Source: Anthoceros angustus (Eukaryota > Plantae > Anthocerotophyta). Taken from it: a stretch of 64,000 nt of DNA. How positions within the stretch are numbered: position 1 is the stretch's first letter; every line of letters starts with the position of its first letter. Positions 39,940 through 52,554 of this stretch are shown in pieces. Both the position numbers and the translations under genes were made by a program. Location: assembly GCA_010909165.1 (NCBI GenBank), contig MU008161.1:806001-870000 (forward strand), read 5' to 3'. The notes below the pieces were generated by a model that saw only the letters and a list, made by a program, of their open reading frames with translations, was not told the origin of the DNA and did no database searches.

Positions 39940-41279
39940 CTTGTTGTAAGTGTTGCCTTCTGGAGTGCTGATCGCCGTCCTGACCGCACAGATGAGTTGT
40001 AAGTATGTGCGGCTCAATGTGCTGGAATAGGGTATGCATTCTAGTCGTCATTCAAGTCAGTTCTATGGTTTTCCCACTGTCCTCACTTGCTCTATTAAGT
40101 TAGAAACTTCTCCTGCGGGTGCCCGCCGTTAGATTAGATACGTAAGGATTGGTGACTTTGTTGAGGCACATAGGCTATTGTTCGAAGAGAGATTACATGG
40201 GGTCTCTGTTCTCCATTGCATTTTTGTTTGTCTGCAGAGTGTAGGATTTCAATCCATGGAAGTACGTAGTTCAGTTCCTAGACTGTCTATTTTTGGTGGC
40301 CCTTTGGTGGAGGGTGTAAACTGTCTCAAGCACATACAATCTTTTTATCCTTAGACTTACCACGTGGAGCTGACGGGCGAGCCCTGGTGAATGCGTGATC
40401 GAAATGGTCTTACCGACCACGGGGGCGCCTGGGCTCCAGGCGACAGGTTCCCCTCTGAAGCCGGTTGCCTGTAATCTGGGATTACGTCTTATCGCGGTTT
40501 GTCCAGCGTTAGGTGTCTGTTGGTGCTGATCGTGCGAAGCGAGGAACACTATCACACTGCCGGATTGTCTTGTTTTTAAATTCTTTTTTTCTCTTAGGTA
40601 GTCTATTAATTGTTGCTCATGTTGGTGTAGGGGAAGGAGGAGAGGAGGTCCGTAGCTTTGTGGGCCCCACTGCGAGAAGGGGGCCCACGTTGAAGAGGAC
40701 GTCCGCGACGGCGTGGATGCCCTTGGAGAAGCCTCCACCGACCGCCGCGTAATTCGATAACAGCGGGAATAGCTGGCAGCTGTCACTTGCTTAGGTTTCC
40801 AGCAGTGAAAACTGGAATGTAGATCATTGCATAGTGTGTTAGTTATTGTTTAGCTTGGAAGGCAAGGGCTTTCAGAAAAGCTCATGTACATGCGTAAAGA
40901 ATTAGGACGATCATCGGCCAGTTCGAGTTTTGTACATGATAAGCGCAAATGTGGGGTTAAACTTGTATGAAATAGCTTTAGGTTTTAGGAGTGAATGTAA
41001 CATAAGTATCTTATTGTTTATCCTTTCACCAATAATTTGAAAACCCTGGCCCATAGCTCTCATATGCATCATATCACAAGGTGGCTCCATAATTCTGAGC
41101 TTTCACGTATAGGTATATCCTAGCGCCATAAGTCAAAGCTGGGGTATGCGTAATATCATCAAGATCCAATTGGGTGCACACTCTATGGGCACTGGTAGTG
41201 AAGATTTGCGCGGTATAGTCACAACAACGACGGAATAACCCTCGGCGAAAGCCCTCCAACAATACTCAGGACCCTAACT

Positions 41280-41760
41280 AGGCTAGCTCCTCTACTTCTT
41301 CCTCCAACAAACCTACTAAGAAGACTGGTACATGTAATTGGTCCCAGATTCCTGGTCATTGGGAGAAGGAGTGCAGGAAGAAACATGCTGGGTACTCCAA
41401 AGCATGAACCAAAGTTCGCTAACACCGCCTCAGTTTCTAAGGCTAAGCAAAATGGTGGTTCTGAGATTGCCTTAACAGTGTGCTTGGTAGCAACAGAGTA
41501 CAGGTCCTCTTGGCTGCTTGACTTATCTGCTTCGGCACATATCTGCAGCCACTGGCACATATTTACTACTTACACCTCGGCTGATGATGTGCAACGTTTT
41601 GTACTCATAGGAGATGATTCTGGCCTATCTATAGCGGGACATAGGACAGTTCGCTTTCATCTGGATGATGGTTCCAATTTGCTTCTGTCTAATATTCTTC
41701 ATGTTCCCTAGATGGAGCACTATTTTCCAAGCACAGGGTCCCACCACCGGCCATCCTCTG
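41280..41760 (+). mobile_element. Ty1/Copia gag zinc knuckle plus protease fragment
   Basis: TCNWSQIPGHWEKEC (decayed CCHC knuckle), WLLDLSASAHICS (cf. WYLDSGASAHMC), VLIGDDSGLSIAG, LSNILHVP. Confidence 0.75.
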
Positions 41761-42530
41761 CAATATGTTCCAGGCTTCCAGCCTCTTGCCTCTGGCCTCC
41801 AGCCTTCAGCCTCCATCATGCCATATGGAGAGTCGAAACCTCTCCAAGTCGCCATTTGTCTGCACCGTCGCACATACCGATGCTCTCTCATCACGACCCC
41901 CGGGCTTCTAACTTGTAACCCAATATCTTGCAAAAAAATAGGGTGTAACGTTGTGAGCCACGTATATTACTGAAAAAATGTTCAAGTGTGGTTAGTCCAG
42001 CATAGCGGTCTGCATCCTGCAGGTATATAAGGCAACGCAATAACAACTACAGGGATAGGCACATCTTGATATGCTTGTTAGAAACTTTTAAACATAACTC
42101 ACAATTTTGACAGCGCAAGGCCTTTCTCGTTGCCTGAGCATTGTGCCGTCCTATAACATGTCATGATTTTAAGTTTCTAAAGCAAGCATGCAAGCAAATC
42201 ACTATCGTGCACTTGGTTACGAGGCAAATCAAATTTATTCTATGAACTAAAGGCAAACCAGATCTATATATAGACTGTGAACAAGTTGTTTTTTCCATAG
42301 CCTTACAATTATTCCGCAATAACCCTACAATAATCCCTAAGGTTTGCAGGCGGATGCGCTTCGCAACGCTTTTGCATATATCTCAACAATTATAGATGAA
42401 TGAGGCCATGAAGATATGGCAGAGACAGCTCAATAGGGGTGCATTATCAATGATACATAGGAGCTCACTGGTTCGCCTCTAGATAAATGAACTCAAAGTT
42501 CCTAGTCCCTATTCAACCGAGACTAAGAAC

Positions 42531-42655
42531 TTCGCCGATTAATGCTCTATTGACACAATCAGTATGCGTTAAGAGGTATATGGTGCGTAAAGTTCGCCGA
42601 TTGATGCTCTCCTGGCGCAATCATTATGCGTTAAGAGGTATATGGTGCGTAAAGT
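42531..42655. repeat. Tandem duplication, 62-bp unit, 2 copies
   Basis: ttcgccgatt(a/g)atgctct...tatgcgttaagaggtatatggtgcgtaaagt at 42531 and 42593. Confidence 0.9.
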
Positions 42656-45020
42656 GATGGTTTTGGACAAGCTTGCTTTTGTCCAAGGCTTGGAGGAATT
42701 CATTTTCTTGCAAGAGATGTAAATATGATTCTTGTCTCTGCAAGGGGGTTGTTTGCTAGAAATTGGTCAGACAAAGGGACAAAACAAAGATCATTAGGTA
42801 TATCATTAAGCAAAAGTAAATCAAGATATTGAGGAGATACCACTACGCAATAATCATCGGATATTAGGAAGGATATGTTATTTTCCACTCTAGAATACGG
42901 ACTTATAAGTGATACGATATAATTGATTTATACAATGTGTGATAGCGGTTCTTTTACAATAAAAAAATCTTAGTTATTATTAAACAGTAATACGGCAAAA
43001 TGTGAAGACCATGCCAAACTCCAACGTGTCATATAAGAGATTGAAGGTGAATGAGGTGATTTATTTTCTTCTATGGTTACTCGCGACTTATGGATTGACC
43101 CTTGTATGTGCTCGTGCAAGTGCAAGAATCATAAGACTCTAGTTTATTTGTCATTACTTTGAGACTAAGATACTCTTGGCATTGCAAAATTCTGGTTTTT
43201 CCTAAAATGTGACTCGTCGTAGAGTCGATATGAAATCGATTTTGCTACAAGTACATTATTGTGTAAGAGATTTTGTTGATGCTTAGACCAAGGCTGGTGA
43301 TGTTTATGTAAGTTGAGGTTGATGGTGCCTTGACCACTTATTGAAATCATAGTTCATTCAAAAATGCTAAAATGGTATTATGATATCTCAAGATGTGAAA
43401 AATTTCAAGTCTCAATATCTCACTGTTTAAAGGCTCTATTATTTTTAGTGATGTTTACCTATGAATTATCTAACTATGATGAACTCTTTCTTGCTTTTCA
43501 CTGCATTGTATCTTAGTGCGAAACTAAGATGTTTACGGTTTCATATCACTTCCTAGTGATTATGAGATAAGCATATTTTGTAGAGCTTCAAGTTTTTCTT
43601 TGCAACATCTGCCAAGGCAAAGAGCTAAGTTGAGGGAAGGAGCTTACGTTTAAGCTGAGCGCAGTGCGATGCCCCTTGATTTGCCCTAGGTGAAACCGCT
43701 GCGTAATATGGTTGCGACTCTAAGGCTAGTCAAAGGTAGATGGAATAATATCTTGATTTCGACGTTGTCTAAAATCTCCTTGTTTATTTCTATGACGTTT
43801 CGGGGGAGGCGATACGAGGAGATGTGAGGGGGGCGACTTACATAGTGCCGCTATGGTTTTAAGACACAGCTAAGAATGAAGGCAAACTTGTAAGCGCCTG
43901 GACTGCATCTTTGTAGGGTGCAAGAAAGGGCAATAAATGGGGTAACTAGCAAGATGGTGTAGGATTATGGTGGCTAACGGGCTAGTGGCAGGCTAACTGG
44001 CAAAAGACTTCTTTCTATCATTGACAGGTTTGTTGCCTTGCCTTTACATGTTTCACGTGTCATCTAGAAGCTTATATTTTTGAAACATTCTTGGTTTTGC
44101 TGGACTTATGCACTCTGGAGTTTGTTTGTGGCTTGGCTTTTCGAAGAGCATTGTAATCTAGGTTTTCATGTGCAGATCGAACATGTGTACTTGCTGCTGT
44201 ATCTTTTAATCATGCTACTCTTTTTGGCGTTGGTGTAATTACATCACTAGCAGTGTAGATATAGGGTCAAGAAGAGTTACATGTAGGTAATCGGGCTATG
44301 AAGTGTTGTACAAATAGAAACCTGAACAACTGCTCCATACGCCTTATCTATGTGTTTGTAATAGGATCAAGAAGAGTTTAGGGTTTAGTCCTATCCCACC
44401 GAGATCTATAGTAAAGTAATGTGTGAGTGGCAAGAGAGATAATCTAGGTTATGGGAGACTAGAAGGCGAGATGTGGGCGGTGGCAAGTGGGTACAAGGAT
44501 GGGTTTCCTCTAGTTATCCCAGGGATGGGGGGCCTTTCTTGCCGCGCATCCACTAGCAGCAACCAGTCAGGAAGGACCTTCAATTGCGCAGCAGGGACTG
44601 TATGATCTCCACTTTGCACATGGGGCCTAGTTTTATGAACCGGTTGAGAAAGTTGAGATAGAAGCTTGCTGCCATCGTGCGTCAATTTTGTGAAGGGCCG
44701 CTGTTTCGATGTATCGGATGAAGTGTGTGTTAAATTTCGTTGAATTTCTTATGATGACTAGTAGTGATCCTCCCGCACATGCACCTATATCTTGCTCATG
44801 AGCTTGTGCCTAGAACACTTTGAAAGAGGCCAAAGAAGGGCATCCCGACTGAAACTCCGAGGAGGTTTTCACGCTGGAAAGTACAATTTTGTTCCGATCA
44901 AGGCAACCATAGGCTTGTTGGAAAGCCCATGCAGAGCTTGGCACTAACCTATTTTTTCAGAATTAATATCTAACCACAATGCTTATAGAAAATCAAAAAC
45001 CAAAATGATTGAATTTCATG

Positions 45021-45210
45021 GAAAATAGGAGTTGTTGTTTAGGGGTTAAGATCGCCTTCACAGGACAATCACTTTGGATAAGCCTGACATCACCCCATCA
45101 CCTGAAACAGTCGAGCACACGGATTTCAGGGAAAATAGGGGTTGTTGTTTAGGGGTTTAGATCTCTTTCATAGGACAATCACCTGAAAAAATAGAGCACA
45201 CGGATTTAAG
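45021..45210. repeat. Imperfect direct repeat (~110-bp spacing)
   Basis: gaaaatagg(a/g)gttgttgtttaggggtt(a/t)agatc..aggacaatcac and gagcacacggattt each occur twice. Confidence 0.75.
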
Positions 45211-45745
45211 TGTACGTGAACCGCGTCAGATGAGACGTTTTCCGTACAAAGAAGGTAGCTCAAGGTGGCTAGTGGACCCGTTGTGTAAAGATATTTCAGA
45301 TAATATTTTGAACAAAATAAATAAATTAATAAATTCTAAATAAGTTCTTTAGTCCCATAAGTTTTGTAGATAGCCGTGTATGCGGGTAATGCTCAAGGTC
45401 TTGCCGAGATGGATCGTAGATGGATCGTCAACAAGGCCAACGAGTGTAAGAGCACGGCGTCCTGAAGTTCCTTCCTTGTGGGCTTGGCCGGAAGAACTTC
45501 CAGCCAGGCCCACAGAGTTTTAGCAAAGAAAGAAGTACAGACCACCGAGACTTCAATTGCCTACCTACAGTACACACTGCTATTGGCCTCTCCCATCAGA
45601 TACCAAGACAAAACCATCAGAGTTACTTCAATGTCGTCTTCGAAGTCTGTGAGGCAAGCTAATTTGTTACCCGTGGTCCCACAACAGGGAACAAGCTGCG
45701 CCTTCTCTGAGCTTGAGACTCTGAAAACCTTGCCCAACCCATAAA

Positions 45746-47161
45746 CTATGTGCAGTCTTGTCCCTCACAGCCTTGTTCCGTCTCAGGGGCCACCGGCGTA
45801 TTATACTTATGGCACAGAAACGACGCCCAATTTCTGACCTTGGTAGCATAAAACCTGTCATCTCCGGAGAAAATCTGGGTGGAACATATCCGCAAGAAAG
45901 AGATCCATGCCTGCATAGCTGTGGCATCCTTATTGCCCACAGGCAGGTTTTGCCACAACCACAGATCAGCCAGCACAAGTTGAGTATACAGCTCGAGAAA
46001 CGACGTTCCCTTCCCCAAACTCACGTTCTTGAAAAGCGACACCACATCTGCAGCAGACCGGATCTGGCTCCTCTTGGTGTACATCTGAAGCTGACACAGA
46101 ACCGTCTGGCTCTGGACTTGACTCACGCGGCCATGGAAGGACAGATAGCCCTTCACAAACATGAGACTACTGGCGCCTCCTTCGGCCAGGCGAGCAGCGA
46201 TTCTTCCCAGAACTTCGGGCCAATCAACCTCTGAAAACCAGTCCAGCAGATGCTCCAGGCAGACAGACACGAGTGGCAGAAAGTGCTGAAGCTCACGATC
46301 CGCCACAAAGCCGAGAAGCAGCAGCACCAGCCTCTCCACGTCGGTGACCGAAAAAGTAGCCAAAGCTGGAGGGGAGGAAAAAGCAGCCAGAACCCGGAGC
46401 AAAGAGCGCACGTTCCTGGGGCTCCCGCCTTGCACACCCGCCGAGCAGTCCAGTCCTGGAGCCGGCGCATCCTCCATGTACCCTAGGCCGCGGAAAGTGG
46501 ACAAGAACAAGTCCCCGTCTGGCCTCCACCCACCCCACCTCGGAGAGGAGCGTTCAGCCGGGTCTGCAATTTGACACAGCATCGCACAGGCTGATTCCTC
46601 CGCGGCGGAATCTGGTGAGAAGGCCATGTGATGGAATGCCCAGCGGAAGAAGACATGGTCAATCCTGCCGCTGAGACGGGCTGCCAGAAGCAGGTGGCCC
46701 GAGGACAGGAGCTCCAAGGGCTCTCGGTCCGGCATGAGGTGCAGCGCCATTTCCAGGACCCCGCTCCCGACAGGTGGCGCGGGCACTTCGGCGGGAGGCC
46801 CGAACAGTCTCCTGCCCCATTTGGAAGCCTCCGAAGGCGCCTCCTGGCTCAGCAGTCTCTGCTCGCATTCCTCCACCACGGCATTCAGGGCCGTGATTTT
46901 CTCCTCCTCCGAATCCCCGCTCTCGTCTGAGACTTCCGCGCGCCCGCGCCGGCGACCGCGTCCCCGCCCGTTTGCCGTCCTCCCCCTACTCCCCCATTTC
47001 TGCCGCCGGTTGATGTCCCTGAGCAGGTCGTCCATCCCGATCACCCCCCTTGCCTTCCTCGCCGGCGCCTCCCGCGGAGCCCGCTCGAAGAAGGAGACAT
47101 CGTGCAGCCAGTCCTCAGATTCATCCGCCACCTTCACCTGGAGCTCGTCCTCCCTTCCCAT
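45746..47161 (-). CDS. 471-aa intronless protein, probably SLF2/FAM178/NSE6-like (CANIN-type domain) SMC5/6 complex subunit
   Basis: Single 471-codon ORF: acidic/basic disordered N-terminus, then a helical domain. Motifs FRWAFHHMAFSPD, WRPDGDLFLSTFRGLG, PRNVRSLLRVL..LVLLLLGFVADRELQ and DDRFYATKVRN resemble my recollection of the human SLF2 C-terminus (W.F.MM..HTD, W.P....F..MG, DARLFYRTKVKD). Not verified by search. Confidence 0.65.
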   Translation of the reverse strand: MGREDELQVKVADESEDWLHDVSFFERAPREAPARKARGVIGMDDLLRDINRRQKWGSRGRTANGRGRGRRRGRAEVSDESGDSEEEKITALNAVVEECEQRLLSQEAPSEASKWGRRLFGPPAEVPAPPVGSGVLEMALHLMPDREPLELLSSGHLLLAARLSGRIDHVFFRWAFHHMAFSPDSAAEESACAMLCQIADPAERSSPRWGGWRPDGDLFLSTFRGLGYMEDAPAPGLDCSAGVQGGSPRNVRSLLRVLAAFSSPPALATFSVTDVERLVLLLLGFVADRELQHFLPLVSVCLEHLLDWFSEVDWPEVLGRIAARLAEGGASSLMFVKGYLSFHGRVSQVQSQTVLCQLQMYTKRSQIRSAADVVSLFKNVSLGKGTSFLELYTQLVLADLWLWQNLPVGNKDATAMQAWISFLRICSTQIFSGDDRFYATKVRNWASFLCHKYNTPVAPETEQGCEGQDCT

Positions 47162-47553
47162 GAGGGCGGTGGGGAGGGACTCTACCTGCTCTCACTCGTC
47201 ACCATCCCCCGACAGTGCAATGAGCATGAGCAGATTAAGGAATTCCCGGTTGAGAGGAGACGCTGTGATTCTCAGACTCAAACCACAATGTTGGGCAGGC
47301 TGATGTGCAATAGCGGCCCGAGCCAAGAATGAGAAGCTTCGCTTCTCTTCAATTCGCTCCGCTGGGCTTCACAGTTGCGCGCAAGAACTGAGAAGCGGGA
47401 GTGTCGCAGGCCAGGCTTGGGCAAATCTGCCTGTTTGCGTCAGCTCCACAGCGTTTCGGCTGCTTACGCAAGCAGACTGGAGCCCAACAAATGCTCGCAC
47501 TCAAGAACGCTTAGCTGAACTTGGTACGTCGGCGATGAGTGGGTACCAAAGAC

Positions 47554-47605
47554 TTTCCCGCTCCAACGTTACACATTCGCTTATAAACGTTTAACCTAAC
47601 CCTAA
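47554..47605. promoter_or_regulatory. E2F consensus site (TTTCCCGC, 47554-47561) and telo-box (AACCCTAA, 47598-47605) upstream of the SLF2/NSE6-like gene
   Basis: Exact motif matches about 400 bp upstream of the ATG at 47161. Short motifs can occur by chance. Confidence 0.4.
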
Positions 47606-48263
47606 GGCAACATGGTGCTCAGTTTCAACCGGTCCCAGTCAGCGTAACGAGTAAAGCTCGTTAATGCATGCGGTACCAGAGTACCGTACACAGCTACATT
47701 ACGGGAGGGGCTGACGGGGTGAGGGAGCGTCCGTTCCCGACAGACGAAGGCCACAAGTTTTCCTACATTGCCTTGTGCGCGGACATTTTCGGCAAAGATG
47801 TGTCGACGGCCTTACTCAACGTCGCCATCTCATATCCACCAGGAAACGGTGCTCACTTTCAAAGCATTGGATGAGTGGGCTGTGATGCCGCCGCAGTCAT
47901 GCAAGGTCTCGGGATGAGACACAAAACAAGACCAAACCTGGGAGTAAAACAAATCATCGGGTAGTCTGCCACATCCTAACGTCTTCCACTGGAAGTACAC
48001 CTATTGATGTTCATCGGCTTCAACCTTGTTATGTACACTCTCAGGACAGCCTATTGAAGGCCCCTGCTACAATCTGAGCTACGACCTCTCCCACTCCTCT
48101 CAGCCTAGACAATAAAAGAAGCAAGCCCTCCTAGGTGGCACCATCTCTCATGGCCCCTGGGCCTGTCATGCACCAGATCCCAGGAACTCCCGACGTCCCA
48201 GTGCTGGCTCATCAATACAGTCAAGTCAGTTGCTACATATCCCTTAACCCTCCGGCAAACAAG

Positions 48264-51200
48264 TCAGTAGTTAGTGTTCCATGTCTGTTGAGTGCGTTGT
48301 GGTTGCTGGTAAGCACCCGCTTGGCCACCACTACCTGTTGCTCCAAGGGCCTGGGGCTGTTGAAGTAACTGATGACCACTAGGAGCCGGTCCAGACTGAG
48401 AAGGATGGTGATACAAACTGCCATAACCTGCGCCCGGGTGCCCATGCGCATGTGTGGGTTGCTGCGTGTGGGAGTAACCTGCGTGTTGACCTTGATTGGG
48501 CATGTTGTAGTAGGAACTTGTCTGCAACCCAGCACCACCCATGTCGCGTGACAGTTGAGCTTGGATCCATACCGTGCTGCCCTCGGCCTGCACAAACCAG
48601 ATTTCAAATTACCAACAGCCTCAAGGACTGGCTATCAACTGGGACAACAAAAGACAAAGGAGTTTACCGGTTGCTGAGGGATGTAAATGTTATCCTTGTA
48701 AGGTTGCGGGACATCCTCATATCCGCTTGCCGTCCCGGCGGTCACCGTCGGATTCGATGTATAGCCAGCAGGAGTAGGAGTGTACCCACCGTAGGCCGAG
48801 CCAGCTCCCGAGTGCGGCACATTGCCTGAAGCACTGCCGGGTTTGTACTGCGGCAAGCCATACTTCACACCTCCAGCTCCAGCAGGTGGGTAGCTACTAC
48901 CAGCAGCCTGAGGGTAACTGGTGCCAGCAGGGGGCTGAGGATACCCACTATTTCCAGTGTAACTATGCTGATATGGAGGATGGGGCACGTACGCATAGCT
49001 GGAAGGCATGAACTGATACCCAAAAACGCTTGCAAAATGGCCCACAGGTACTCCTGCCTGGGCTGTATACGCATGTATGGGCACCGCTTGCTGAGGAATG
49101 GCTGGGGCCGGTTGTGCATTTCCTGTCTGAGACGTTTGCACTGATGCACCGGTTGATGGTAGAGAATTCCCAGTCTGGAACAACGGAGACACTTTGAGAG
49201 ATGTACCCAAAGGCACAGACGGAACACCTAAACCGCAGCACCATGTAAAACATACCTCCTGCGATGTTTGAGGACTCTGGAGCCCCATATTCCCATTGAA
49301 TTTGCTGGTTGCATTGCTAGTCAAAAAAGGAGGATACCGGTCCGGATCTGTCCCAGGTCGGAAAGCTGGTGTGTAATAGCTTGGCGTGGGATCTGCATAT
49401 GCCTGCTGCATAAAAGGGTACCTCATTGATGATTAGCTCTCATCAAAAGTCAAGTCTACATCACAATACTATCAAGGACGCAGCGAAGAGCCACGGCAAG
49501 GACGCAGCAAAAAACTCACCATTATATTCGGCAACCTGGAGACATCTGGTGCTGGATCTGGTTCATATGAGTACTGTGGAGATGGTATCTGTGGCATAAG
49601 CCCAAAACCAGGATAACTAGCCACAGCTGGTAACCCGTGGTACGGGTAATGCTGTTGAACAACAGGATCCGGCTTCGACAACTCCAGTTGCTGCACAGCT
49701 GGAACAGGAGTACTTGCAGTCACGTCATTACTAGGCACCAGGCTTTCTGGTGGAGAAGCCACTGGCTGATGGACAAAGTTTTGATTCAGAGATACTGGTG
49801 ATGGACTCGAAACACTGCTGGAAAGACAAAAACGCAAGTGGTCACTTTGGAGAAGTCAAGACAGGCTGGCTTTGAAAACTGAACAACCAAGAAAATTAAC
49901 AAACCTTGTGCTAGGCTGTTCAACAGGAGGCTCAACAAGTGGGACTGCCTCAGAAATAGGCAAGGAATTGTTGATAGGTTCTTCAGGCACAAAGCTTGCA
50001 GAATACGATGTTCCATAGCCTGCAGCAAAACTCCCAAAGCTCAAACCAGTAACTTGGTCTGCCTCTGGCACTTGAAGATGATTCGGTATGATCACTTGTT
50101 GGTCATCCTGGATACTCAGGCCTTGGAGCTTTGCAGTTGCTGAGGCTGTTACACTGGCATCCTGAGCAGGAGCTGGTGCAGATGGAGCTCTCGTAGGCTC
50201 AGGGGAAGCCACTGAGGAGTTTGAAGTTCCAATAGAACTACCTATCCCCAAAGAGTTTGCAATTGACGGTTTAGGCTTCCACTCCAACCCAGATCCACTT
50301 GCTGCCAAACGACATCAGGCAATCAGTTTGATGGCAACTTGAAACTCACTTAGAAAGGGACAAAACATGAAAGCAAGCTGGACATGCACAATAGCTTACA
50401 CTTTTGAGTTCCGACGGGTTGCTGGGCTTGATACCCTGCTCTGCCATTAAACTGGCCCCCACCCAATACTGTTCGGGGCACTGTAGTTGCAGACACATTG
50501 CTTTGAACTGCTCCTGATGACTGACGAGATACTACCCCACCATTTCCAACATCTGACAAGACAGATTGATTGCCCACCCTCTCTGCGACGTCAGCAGTTC
50601 CAACAGGGCTACTTGGGCCAGAGACCAGCACCTCAGATTCAAGGGGAGCACTGCCCGAGGTGGTAGCACTCAAAGAGGGGATGTGAGACTGATGAGAGGG
50701 GGGAGAGATAGAGGTCCCATCACCAATAACCGAAACAGATGGCCTATCTCCTATTGGCCGCTGATTCCCAACCGAGCCAAGCTCACGTTTGATTGTACCA
50801 GGTGTACCAGCACGGGGGTCAAGGGATGGATGAAGCACAGGATCAGTTGAAGAGGAGTACACACCAGATGACACAGATCCAGCAGGAGGGGAAGTGACAT
50901 ATTGCTGAGGTGCAGTAGAAGGTAAAGGTGGTTGGAGAGCAGCAGGAAGTGAAGAAGTTGGTGGGGGTGCACCATTGGACTTGACAATATCAGCCATAGT
51001 TGCATGTCCAGAAGTGGCCACCCAACTTTGACCTACAAGAGCTGTGCGAGCATAGACAGAACTCCCATTGGATAGACTGGGGGCTGAAACAGATGCTGGT
51101 GCAGGCACTGCAGCGGGCGAAGGCATCGAAGCAGGCCCTGCTGCAACAGCAGTTGGTGGGATAGGAGCAGGTGCAGACACCGAATTGCTGCACCAAGGAC

Positions 51201-52554
51201 GAGCAAATTTCTCCATAAGGATAAGAATCACGAGAAGGTGGAGCTTGAAAGTACACACAGGCACACAACGATGTAGCGCAGACATGGGTAACTCATACCT
51301 TGCTCCGGATGGGAAGCCCTTTGCTTGGCTAAAACCCGAGCCAGATGACGCTGTAGCCGACGCCACGCCACTGGAACCACGGTTGCTGGAGTGAATACCA
51401 TTCTCTCGAGGGACAAACTGCTTCCCTCGTCCACCACCATTGTAATCTACAACCCAGGGGAATCATCAATCACAATTACCACCGCCTATCAATGACTACA
51501 AACCACGAGACACCAAAAGGACACTCACCGTTGGAGTAGCGGGGACCACCACTCCCTCTCCCTGCACCACGCTCTGAGGGTCCACTTCTTCCTCCCCTTG
51601 ACGAAGGACCATTCGGCCTTTGCCTGCTTTCACTACCGTCCTTGTTTCCTCCGACCTGGTGAACAAAAGCACAATACAAATAAGGAAACAAGGCGACGAT
51701 AAGGTTGGCAAGCGCAGCACACTAGGTGACGATCCTGTTTGGTGCAAAGACACTCCTCTCCTCACCTCTTTCTTCTTTTCTCGCCGCCGTTTCACTTCAT
51801 GAAAAGGATCTGCGTACAGAGCAGGAAGTTACGTAAGAGAAGAGCTGCGACGACCCACTTTCCAGCTAACTACACGACCTAGAACCATCATGTGGCCTAA
51901 ATCGGGCGGCCTTACGCTCCACAAACCGGCGACCGAACAGGCAAACAACCCAGCTTTGCCAGCGACTGGCAGTCTACAAACTAGGAAGGGCTGAGGGCAG
52001 CTGAGACAAGGCCATCTATCCATCCCAACCATCCATCTCCAAGCGCACGTTATCCTCTGCGTCGCTGAGCCACACTCTACGCGTCCACCTCGGCAACCCC
52101 GCCCGTTCCGAGGGCTGCACATCTCAAGCATCCACTGTCTACAAACCCTCGAGGTAGGTCGGGCGCACAAACCATCCCTCGAGCGGAAGCAAGTGCAACA
52201 ACCCTGACATGCATCTCAACGCGGCGCGGCTTGCACAAGAGCCAGGTTCATCCGATTCAAGATGCAAACGCGCAGCCCAAGCTGAAAGCGAGCAGCAACA
52301 ACAAAGCGCCGCAGCAGAAGCGCAAGGCGCAGAGGCGAGCGTACCCTGGTTGAGCAGCCGCTGCACCGTCTCGTCGGGATCCATGTTACAGTCCCTGAGC
52401 ATGGCGTAGATCTCGTCATCCGTCCCCTGCACCACCTCCTTGAGTTGCTGCACCACCTTGCGAGCATTGGAGGGGATGCCCGCGGAGCTGGAGGCGCTGG
52501 CGCTGGCTGTAGCCGGGAGAGCGCCCCGGCCGCACCACTTCCAGGACCCGCCAT
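48264..52554 (-). CDS. GIP1: GBF-interacting protein 1-like / DUF1296 UBA-like protein (UBAP2/Lingerer-type, low-complexity Q/P/G/Y C-terminus); 1-nt frameshift near the start in this sequence
   Basis: GIPSNARKVVQQLKEVVQGTDDEIYAMLRDCNMDPDETVQRLLNQ|DPFHEVKRRREKKKE; LEWKPKP; VIIPNHLQVPEAD..GLSFGSF; terminal QQTWNTNY*. The ATG at 52554 (MAGPGSGA) is one base out of frame with the domain. Confidence 0.88.

Noticed and set aside
40340-40700. GC-rich segment with a 9-bp inverted repeat (GTGGGCCCC...GGGGCCCAC, 40660-40687) as a structured ncRNA
   Set aside because: It does not match tRNA, snRNA, SRP or rRNA signatures that I know. It may be a pair of TCP-type sites or chance.
42690-45400. AT-rich region with short ORFs, probably TE-derived
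   Set aside because: No diagnostic domain, PBS, TIR or LTR pair could be identified by eye.
46734-47303. Long antisense ORFs over GC-rich genes (e.g. 46734-47303, 51068-51394, 57408-57874, 32537-32950)
   Set aside because: They are shadow frames of GC-rich coding or UTR sequence, with no recognisable motifs.
13921-52554. Functional cluster of proteostasis/stress genes (UFL1, FGT1, RHF2A-like, G3BP, GIP1-like)
   Set aside because: Apart from the G3BP/GIP1 shared module there is no sequence evidence of co-regulation, and such gene classes are common enough to neighbour by chance.
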